Position numbers and translations under genes: made by a program. 64,000 nucleotides of DNA from positions 64,001-128,000 of IMG/VR virus record IMGVR_UViG_3300021387_000796; one strand, given 5' to 3'. A model generated the notes under the pieces. It did no database searches and was not told where the DNA came from. It was given only the letters and a program-made list of their open reading frames with translations. The stretch is from a virus (taxonomy: Duplodnaviria; Caudoviricetes). This document shows, piece after piece, positions 10,018 through 17,702 of this stretch. Each line of letters opens with the position of its first letter. Position 1 is the stretch's first letter.

Positions 10018-12345
10018 TTAAAAACGATTTTGTTTTTTACAAAATTCGAAAATTTCTTCTTTGGAAAATTCAACATTTTCTTTTGTTAAATTTTCTATGA
10101 TTTTATCATAGATTTCTTCATTTGTGAATTTTGGACAATGCCATTCTTTTTTAAATTCAGCACATCTTTGCTTGAATAAAGATTCAATTTTTTTAGCAAG
10201 TTCCATTCCTTTATCAGTGCATTGGTCAGTTCCAATTAAAATCTGCAAAGTTTCAGCAAGACCTATCTGACCGATAGCCAAAGTTCCATGTTTCAATGCT
10301 GAACGAATGCCTTCATTTTCGTTATATCCATAGAATGTTCTGTTTTCATACATAAATGAAGCCGATTTAGGATTTTGAGAACAGATATAATTAAATCGTT
10401 CAATCAATTCATCTTTACAATCAGTTATAGCATCATCAAGATTTTTCATAAACAATTCAATTAATTTATCTTCATTAACTTCGTCTTTCATCTTCTTTTT
10501 TGATTCCATAGCAATTGTAGGCAAAACAATTGTAGCAGGTGCGATGTTTCCACGACCATCTTTGAGATGAGATAATTCTTCCGATTCGGCATTTATATCT
10601 GTACTACTATAAGTACGACAATTATGAGAAACAATTCCGCTTAAATCAAACATATCTGTTTCAGTAGTGAAATCATAAGTATTGCATTTTTCATCAGTTA
10701 CTTTTACTGAAATAATTTTATATCCATATCCGCTGACAGAATCATAAATTACATCACCTACTTTCAAATCAGTAGCAATAATTCTACCACGAGCGGTATG
10801 CAAAGGATGGTCTTCTGTGATATGAAGAATTTGATTTTCACCATTTTTATCAAATATAACTTCGTACAATTTTAATGGTGAAGATTCATCATTAAATTCG
10901 ATATTCAAAATATCAACCCATTTATTCTGACATTTAATCTGACAATTTTTTACTTGTTTATACTTTGTATATCCGATTTTATTAGATTTGTTGTTAATCC
11001 ATTCGATATTGGAAGTATAAGAATCTATTGTCTCAATTGCTTTTTTAATTGAAATGTTATTAAATTCCACACCGTTAATTTTGATTGATACAAATTCATC
11101 ACCACGAACTGCACCCATCGTACTAGGATAAGTTCTTGGGTCATCTTTATTATAACCTTGGTCGTTACTCCAATCACAGTTTACATAATTAGGATAAAGA
11201 CGTTTAGAAGTACACTCAATTGCTAACTTAAACAAATCATAATTAGGGTCATTTTCTTTAGCATTTACGCCATCCATTAATTGAAAAATTTGGCAAGGAA
11301 ATATCGAGGTGGCGTGATTACCAACACCATCAATAGTGCATTTCAAAATTTCTTTGATTAATAAGCGACCTTCTTCTAATGTACAAGTTCCGTAGTTTAT
11401 AGACGAAAACGGCAACTGGTTACCTGACCTGCTCTGCAATGAGTTTAAGTTGTGTAACAATCCTTCCACAGACTGATGAATTTCCTTTTTAATCATTTCA
11501 TAAGCATAATTTTGTACTTTTTTATTTTTATAAATTTTTCTATCTAATATTGAAATTGTTTCCACATTAGATAAAGTAATTGGTTTTTTATTTTTAATAA
11601 ATTTCAATCCTTCATTGTAATGCTTAAAAAATGATTTTCTAATATAAGGAATCATACTCCAATCAATATGCGTTACTGCAACACCACCAAACTGTTGTAA
11701 TGATTGCAATTGAATTGCAACGGCGACAAGTTGCATAGCGGTGGATAAACTATTCGCAGGTCTGATAAATACTTGTCTAGTTTTCATACCATTTTTAAGC
11801 AAATCGTCAATGGGTAGCGACAAGCAATTATGCATCCCTACAAAATATGAATCCAAATCGTGAATATAGATTCTATTATTATTATGATTTTTTGCAAACT
11901 TTGGAGAAATCAAATAATTTAATGCAAGTTCTTTCATTAAAACCGAATCGGCTTCACCTTTTCTTCCACCAAATGAAAATTCGTCTACATTTGCGTTCTG
12001 ATTTACTACATTTGTTGCATTTAATTTTTCAAAGATTTTTTTAGTGATATCAAGATTCTTAAATCTTTCAAGTTCACGACTTTTTCTATAATCGATGTAT
12101 GATTTTGCCACATCTTTATTTTCTTTCTTCAAATATTTTTCTACAAGGTCATGAATATCATCAACTTCAATTTCTTCTTTTCCTTCACTTTCGAGAGAAG
12201 ATTTTACAAAAGAAACTGTATTTTTAAGTTGTTCATCCGTAATTTTATTATCAGTTTTCATATTGTCGGATGCGAGTTTGATGGCATCCACAATTTTTGA
12301 TTCATTAAAATTTACTAATCTGCCGTCTCTTTTTCTTACTTTCAT
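10018..12345 (-). CDS. nrdD: class III RNR N-terminal fragment (NrdD-a) with ATP cone and intein
   Basis: ATP cone VRKRDGR, IYIHDLD, HNCL, QFGG, SRSGNQLPFSSINYG, MG/CRT finger loop, GRGNI. Confidence 0.93.
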   Translation of the reverse strand: MKVRKRDGRLVNFNESKIVDAIKLASDNMKTDNKITDEQLKNTVSFVKSSLESEGKEEIEVDDIHDLVEKYLKKENKDVAKSYIDYRKSRELERFKNLDITKKIFEKLNATNVVNQNANVDEFSFGGRKGEADSVLMKELALNYLISPKFAKNHNNNRIYIHDLDSYFVGMHNCLSLPIDDLLKNGMKTRQVFIRPANSLSTAMQLVAVAIQLQSLQQFGGVAVTHIDWSMIPYIRKSFFKHYNEGLKFIKNKKPITLSNVETISILDRKIYKNKKVQNYAYEMIKKEIHQSVEGLLHNLNSLQSRSGNQLPFSSINYGTCTLEEGRLLIKEILKCTIDGVGNHATSIFPCQIFQLMDGVNAKENDPNYDLFKLAIECTSKRLYPNYVNCDWSNDQGYNKDDPRTYPSTMGAVRGDEFVSIKINGVEFNNISIKKAIETIDSYTSNIEWINNKSNKIGYTKYKQVKNCQIKCQNKWVDILNIEFNDESSPLKLYEVIFDKNGENQILHITEDHPLHTARGRIIATDLKVGDVIYDSVSGYGYKIISVKVTDEKCNTYDFTTETDMFDLSGIVSHNCRTYSSTDINAESEELSHLKDGRGNIAPATIVLPTIAMESKKKMKDEVNEDKLIELFMKNLDDAITDCKDELIERFNYICSQNPKSASFMYENRTFYGYNENEGIRSALKHGTLAIGQIGLAETLQILIGTDQCTDKGMELAKKIESLFKQRCAEFKKEWHCPKFTNEEIYDKIIENLTKENVEFSKEEIFEFCKKQNRF
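10621..11112 (-). mobile_element. 164-aa mini-intein starting with Ala, no endonuclease domain
   Basis: Inserted in STMG|CRT; block B ITEDH, DLKVGD, block F TYDF, C-terminal IVSHN followed by Cys. Confidence 0.88.
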
Positions 12346-12364
12346 ATAGCATTACCTCTTTTAA

Positions 12365-12422
12365 TATATATATTTAGTGTTGAATTAAAGATAGTTACAC
12401 TTTAAGCCACAATATTTAGTGG
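12365..12422. promoter_or_regulatory. tandem NrdR-box-like sites upstream of nrdD
   Basis: CCACAATATTTAGTGG (12407-12422) and half-matching TATATATATTTAGTGT (12365-12380), 42 bp apart. Confidence 0.6.
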
Positions 12423-12511
12423 TTTAAAGTGTAATACATTTGAGAATATTTTTCAATATTTTTTTATAAAATCAGTAAGAATAATTCCATCCCTTTAGAG
12501 CGGTGTGTAGT

Positions 12512-15370
12512 TTACAAATATAATGTATGACTTGTTACTGAAGATTTTTTATTATAATTATCAGCCAATAGTTTTGGAGTAACAAGTCTTGAACTAGTGG
12601 ATGTTCCAGCGGTGATTTCTGCTTGTGTTATCGTAGAATATGTGGTATTAGAATCATAGTTTAACCATATATAATATGTACCATCATAAGTAATTTCGCA
12701 TAACCTATTTGCTCTAAATTCTCCACTGTAAGCATATGTCATTTGTGTATAATTTTTATTATATAAATTAATGTCACCTGTTCCATTTATATTTAAAGAA
12801 ATATTTCCTGATGTTGGAGCGGAACCTGCGGTATCGGTGAATTTAACAATGATTTTACAACCTATTTCAAGTTCAAATGTAGGACAAGTTACTACTTTTG
12901 CATTTGTGGCTCTTGATGTAGAACAAGTTCCATAATATAAAGATGTTTGCTCAACTAAATTTGTTGTTTTTTCAATTAAATCTGTTGTTTTCTCTGACAG
13001 TTCAGTAATTCCTTTAAATGCAGAACCTAAATCATTCAAACTATTAAATGTTGAATATTTTATACCATCACTATTACTACTAACAGTACCAATTACCCAA
13101 ATTCCATTTGCATAATAAGGGGTGGAGTAACCAGCACTAGTTATGTTTGAATCACTCCATGTTTTTCCATCTGTTGAATATTTTACACCATTGCTATAAA
13201 CGCTAGTAATTACCCAAATTCCATTTGCGTAACAAGGCTTTTTGTAACCACCGCTAGTTATGTTTGAATCACTCCATGTTTTTCCATCTGTTGAATATTT
13301 TATACCACCACCACTAGTGCTACCAATTACCCAAATTCCATTTGCGTAATAAGGAGCATTATAACCACCGCTAGTTATGTTTGAATCACTCCATGTTTTT
13401 CCATCTGTTGAATATTTTATACCAGTGCCACCAATTACCCAAATTCCATTTGCGTAACAAGGCTTTTTGTAACCACCGCTAGTTATGTTTGAATCACTCC
13501 ATGTTTTTCCATCTGTTGAATATTTTATACCAGTAGTAGCAGTGCCACTAGCACCATCACTACCTATTACCCAAATTCCATTTGCGTAATAAGGGGTATC
13601 GTAACCATTGATAGTTATGTTTGAATTATACCAAGTTGTTCCATTGGTCGAATATTTTATACCATTAGCAATACCACCAATTACCCAAATTCCATTCGCA
13701 TAATGAGGAGTGTTGTACATAAGACTGCTCATGCTTGAACTAGTCCACCAAGTTTTTCCATCGGTTGAATATCTTATACCTGCACCTGAACCTTCATTGG
13801 TAGTAACACTTATTATCCAAATTCCGTTTGCGTAATAAGGGTCACTATAAGCAAAATAACCTGACAGTGAATTATACCAAGTTTTTCCATCAGTAGAATA
13901 TTTTATACCAGTAATACCACTAGCATTATTGATGATGGCAATTACCCAAATTCCATCCGCATAATAAGGAGCGGTATATTTACCGCTAGTTGTGTTTGAA
14001 TCATGCCAAACCATTCCCAATTCATCATCGGTCAATCCTAGATTGGCTTTTGTGATATTTACATCTCCATGCCTATAGGTCGTTTCCGCTTCACCTTTGA
14101 CACCTGTAACATCCCCACTGCCACTACTAATAAATTCATCGTATTGTGCAACTTTTTCGGAAGTTATTCCACTGTTAATCGCATATAATTGTTCAGAGGT
14201 AAAAGGTTCTTCGTTTACTTGATATTCTGCAATCCAACCGTTTTTCCCATCAGTTTCCCAATCACCTGTATATTTAAATCTCCAAGTTCCACTTAATGTT
14301 TCTAATGTATAATCAGAAGCGTCTTGTACAACCAAATAATCGTTTACTGTTGGAGTTGTGTTACCTGAATAATCTTGAGGATAATCTTCTGAGTTTGAAG
14401 GTACATCTGCCCAATCATCCCAATTTCCTCTAAAATTAGCGGTGTTTGTTTGGACTGTAGAATTTACGAATGATTTATCCGCTAATTGATTCGATGATGA
14501 TGCTTGATTTGGAATTAAATCATCAATCGAATCTATCCTATTTGACAAATTAGTATCAAAAAGATTTCTGTTATAAATTTCATTGTTCAAATTGATTTCA
14601 AATAACTCATCTTGCTCAGTTCTTTCTTGAATTTCAGAATTCAAATTTTCACGCAATAAATCGTCTGCTTCTGTTCTAGTTTGAGTTTCGGTGTTTATTT
14701 TTTCTAATAAAGTATTATCTCCATCGATTCTATTTTGTGTTTCTGTTTCTAAATCATCGATGACAACATCTAATTGATTAAGATTTGTTCCATTAGTGTT
14801 TGTATCAGATGTTTTGGAATGGGTTATTATTCCTTCCCACAAATCGGTTTCTTTATTATGAAGTAATTGGTTGTTGATATTTACATCGTGAGTCTCGTCT
14901 GTGGATGTATTTGCACCTAAAGCAATCCCCCCTTGTTCCGCATTTGAGTTTTTACCAATCGGTATGTTTTCTTCATCTTGAAAGGCTAGTTTTGCTTTTC
15001 CAACATATGAATCTGAATAATCTTCTTGAGTCGATGTATTGATTAATTTGGCATAACCAACATCATTATACAATTGAGAAAGTTTTGTAGGAACATCTAT
15101 ACTTATGTTTTTTTCACTATCAGGATAAAATTTTTGTCCACCATTAATAGATATTGTTTCTACTTTATTTTCTTGAGCATTTACTTCAACAGAATTTAAT
15201 TTGAGTTTGTCCGAATCAGTAAAATCGTTAGAACTTAATCCTTTTCCTTTTTCTTTGAGAACATATTTACTCAACAATATTGATATTTGACCATATCCGT
15301 ACAAATCAACATTTCCTTCTGAATTAGTTTTATCGAATTCTACAGTTTGTATTTCCCAATGATTATTCAT
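12512..15370 (-). CDS. tail fibre / receptor-binding protein with beta-propeller repeats
   Basis: GKGLSSNDFT fibre motif, coiled-coil ETQNRI repeats, eight Y(Y/C)ANGIWV..GIKYSTDGKTW (Asp-box-like) repeats. Confidence 0.7.
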   Translation of the reverse strand: MNNHWEIQTVEFDKTNSEGNVDLYGYGQISILLSKYVLKEKGKGLSSNDFTDSDKLKLNSVEVNAQENKVETISINGGQKFYPDSEKNISIDVPTKLSQLYNDVGYAKLINTSTQEDYSDSYVGKAKLAFQDEENIPIGKNSNAEQGGIALGANTSTDETHDVNINNQLLHNKETDLWEGIITHSKTSDTNTNGTNLNQLDVVIDDLETETQNRIDGDNTLLEKINTETQTRTEADDLLRENLNSEIQERTEQDELFEINLNNEIYNRNLFDTNLSNRIDSIDDLIPNQASSSNQLADKSFVNSTVQTNTANFRGNWDDWADVPSNSEDYPQDYSGNTTPTVNDYLVVQDASDYTLETLSGTWRFKYTGDWETDGKNGWIAEYQVNEEPFTSEQLYAINSGITSEKVAQYDEFISSGSGDVTGVKGEAETTYRHGDVNITKANLGLTDDELGMVWHDSNTTSGKYTAPYYADGIWVIAIINNASGITGIKYSTDGKTWYNSLSGYFAYSDPYYANGIWIISVTTNEGSGAGIRYSTDGKTWWTSSSMSSLMYNTPHYANGIWVIGGIANGIKYSTNGTTWYNSNITINGYDTPYYANGIWVIGSDGASGTATTGIKYSTDGKTWSDSNITSGGYKKPCYANGIWVIGGTGIKYSTDGKTWSDSNITSGGYNAPYYANGIWVIGSTSGGGIKYSTDGKTWSDSNITSGGYKKPCYANGIWVITSVYSNGVKYSTDGKTWSDSNITSAGYSTPYYANGIWVIGTVSSNSDGIKYSTFNSLNDLGSAFKGITELSEKTTDLIEKTTNLVEQTSLYYGTCSTSRATNAKVVTCPTFELEIGCKIIVKFTDTAGSAPTSGNISLNINGTGDINLYNKNYTQMTYAYSGEFRANRLCEITYDGTYYIWLNYDSNTTYSTITQAEITAGTSTSSRLVTPKLLADNYNKKSSVTSHTLYL
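13051..14010 (-). repeat. eight tandem ~40-aa propeller repeats, several nearly identical at DNA level
   Basis: TTATGTTTGAATCACTCCATGTTTTTCCATCTGTTGAATATTTTA recurs near 13141, 13258, 13374 and 13483. Confidence 0.9.
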
Positions 15371-15433
15371 ATAATTAAAACCTCATTATCATAGTTATTA
15401 AAATAGTTATTCTCTCTCAATAATAATTTTTTC

Positions 15434-15462
15434 TTGACAATGTTTTTAATATTATATATAAT
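15434..15462 (+). promoter_or_regulatory. consensus sigma70 promoter for the invertase
   Basis: TTGACA-N17-TATAAT. Confidence 0.8.
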
Positions 15463-15490
15463 TTGTTATAATTAAAAAAGGAGTTAATAA

Positions 15491-16171
15491 ATGATATACG
15501 GCTACATTCGAGTTTCTACAGAGGAACAAAATCTTGAAAATCAAAAGAAGGCTATTTTAGAACGATATAAAGTTCGAAAATGGATTGAAGAAAAGAAAAG
15601 TGGAACAATTGATTATCATAAACGAAATTTAGGTAATTTGATAAATCAATTGAAAGAAAATGATGTTTTGGTCGTTACTGAAATTTCAAGATTAGGTCGA
15701 AGTCTGAATATGATATTCAATATAATATCAGAATTAAAAAATAAAGGTGTTAGAGTAATAGCAATTAAAAATAATTTTGATTTGAATCCACAAAAGAAAA
15801 ACGATATAACATCTCAAGTCTTGATGTTTGCCTTTGGTTTATCAGCACAAATTGAGCGAGATTTAATTTCTGAAAGAACAAAACAAGGTTTAGCAGTAGC
15901 AAAATCTAAAGGTAAAAGAATAGGAAGACAAGTTGGTGAAAAAATATATAATGTAAAATTAAGAAGGTATGAAAAACAAATAATGCGAGATTATAAAAAT
16001 AATAAAAGTATAAATTCTATAGCGACAAAATACAATGTGAATTGGATAACGGTAAAAAGATTCATTGATGTATATTCAAAGATGGAAAAACCTGCTCCAC
16101 TTACAGAAAAACCAAAGAAACATGGACATCCTACATATGCTGAATTAGAATACTTTAGGACACATCCATAA
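15491..16171 (+). CDS. small serine recombinase (resolvase/invertase, Mpi-like)
   Basis: YGYIRVST catalytic Ser, EISRLGRS, FAFGLSAQIERDLISERTKQGL, C-terminal HTH. Confidence 0.9.
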   Translation: MIYGYIRVSTEEQNLENQKKAILERYKVRKWIEEKKSGTIDYHKRNLGNLINQLKENDVLVVTEISRLGRSLNMIFNIISELKNKGVRVIAIKNNFDLNPQKKNDITSQVLMFAFGLSAQIERDLISERTKQGLAVAKSKGKRIGRQVGEKIYNVKLRRYEKQIMRDYKNNKSINSIATKYNVNWITVKRFIDVYSKMEKPAPLTEKPKKHGHPTYAELEYFRTHP

Positions 16172-16233
16172 GTTAAACTATCAAGGAATATTAAAAAATA
16201 ACTATTTTATTGAATAAAATAGGAGAATGTGTT

Positions 16234-16452
16234 ATGAGAAATATAAATATTCCAGATAGCAAAGAACATTATGGTAGTTTCGTTTTAACAGAAGTTGCAG
16301 GTAATCACAAAACATTCATGGGTTTAAGTTCTGATGTTGCCCTTCTTCCTAATGAAATGGAAAATACAATTACAGGTTCATCTGCCTTTTGTGTAGATAC
16401 AGGGGAACTTTATCTCTATGAAGAAACTAGCAAAACTTGGTATCAAGTTTGA
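16234..16452 (+). CDS. small virion-associated protein (putative)
   Basis: AGGAG RBS; GSSAFCVDTGELYLY motif of the kind seen near fibre genes. Confidence 0.55.
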   Translation: MRNINIPDSKEHYGSFVLTEVAGNHKTFMGLSSDVALLPNEMENTITGSSAFCVDTGELYLYEETSKTWYQV

Positions 16453-16478
16453 TTTTAAGATTAATGGAGATTTAATTT

Positions 16479-17684
16479 ATGCTTGATATAATTACTTTAG
16501 CGGTTGCAGAAAAATATACAAAAGATACGGCTATTGCTTTAGGTGCGGTTAAAGGTGCGCCGTGTACAATTTCTAAAGTTGAAACTGTCGAAGATGGTAC
16601 AGAAATTACATTCAAATGGACAGGTGACGATGGAAGTACAAATACTAGAAAAATCAAAGTAATGGACGGTATTTCTGTTGTAAGTGGAACTATAGATGAA
16701 AACAAACATTTGATTTTAACATTAAGTGATGGAGCGGAGGTTGATTGTGGTGAACTTCCGTTAGTTGATGATGCTGAAGATGTAGCATACACACAACCTA
16801 AAGAACCAAGTGTTGAGAATGTTAAAGACGCTTTAGATTATTTTTTCGATAAACAAATTACTTCTGATGAAGTAGAATATACAAATTCTCAAACTCCTAC
16901 TATAGAAACCGTTAAAGACGCATTGGATTATGCAATTTCCAAAGGTGCTATTTTGGAACAATCTTTAACAGTAACTAACGCTATAGGTTCTGCAACTAGC
17001 GGAAAAACATACGCTAAAGGAACTTCTTTAGAATCAATAATAAGAAATATGTTGATTAAAGAAGTTGCTCCTAGTTTGTCACTTGCGATTGTACCTAGTA
17101 CAACATTATATGATGTTGTTGATACTTTGATTTCAACAATTCAAATGAAAGCAACTTGTACAAAGAACACTTATGATTTGAATAAAGTTGAATTTTATTT
17201 AAATGACGTATTAAAAAATTCGCAAAATATTACATCTAGTGGAATATATACTTATGATTTAAATTTTGATACACCAACAAATACTGATTTTACCGTAAAA
17301 GCAATTGTGTATGATAAAAAAAGTGGTACACCAATGAGTGCGAGCAAATCAATTACTGTAAAGTTTGTAGGTAAGAGTTATTATGGTACAGTAAGTGCTG
17401 ATGTTGGTGAGCCTACAGAAGCAATTATTAAGGCATTGCAAAATAATGTTCTGAAAGATACAAAGAATTTGACTTATAGTGGAATTACAATGGATTATGG
17501 TAAAGTTGTTTATGCTTATCCTAGTAGTTTTCAAAATCTCTCTAGTATCAAGGATTTAGTAAATAACCTCAATTATACCTCGTCATTTACAAAAACAACA
17601 GTCAGTGTGGATGGAATTTCTTATAATTGTTATACACAAAACGACCCTAGTGCTTCAACCGATGTACAATTGACTTTTGCTTAA
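16479..17684 (+). CDS. fibre/structural protein
   Basis: Thr/Ser-rich, NVKDALD repeats, Ig-like region; C-terminal domain paralogous to the next gene. Confidence 0.6.
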   Translation: MLDIITLAVAEKYTKDTAIALGAVKGAPCTISKVETVEDGTEITFKWTGDDGSTNTRKIKVMDGISVVSGTIDENKHLILTLSDGAEVDCGELPLVDDAEDVAYTQPKEPSVENVKDALDYFFDKQITSDEVEYTNSQTPTIETVKDALDYAISKGAILEQSLTVTNAIGSATSGKTYAKGTSLESIIRNMLIKEVAPSLSLAIVPSTTLYDVVDTLISTIQMKATCTKNTYDLNKVEFYLNDVLKNSQNITSSGIYTYDLNFDTPTNTDFTVKAIVYDKKSGTPMSASKSITVKFVGKSYYGTVSADVGEPTEAIIKALQNNVLKDTKNLTYSGITMDYGKVVYAYPSSFQNLSSIKDLVNNLNYTSSFTKTTVSVDGISYNCYTQNDPSASTDVQLTFA

Positions 17685-17702
17685 TAAATAGGAGAATTTT
17701 TT

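Noticed and set aside
9086-10140. Split intein or second intron joining the NrdD halves
   Set aside because: The a-tail has no intein block A/B, the b-leader does not end in (H)N followed by C/S/T, and no group I P7 or group II domain V was seen
13051-14010. CRISPR-like repeat-spacer appearance
   Set aside because: In-frame protein repeats of about 110-135 bp inside a CDS; no cas genes
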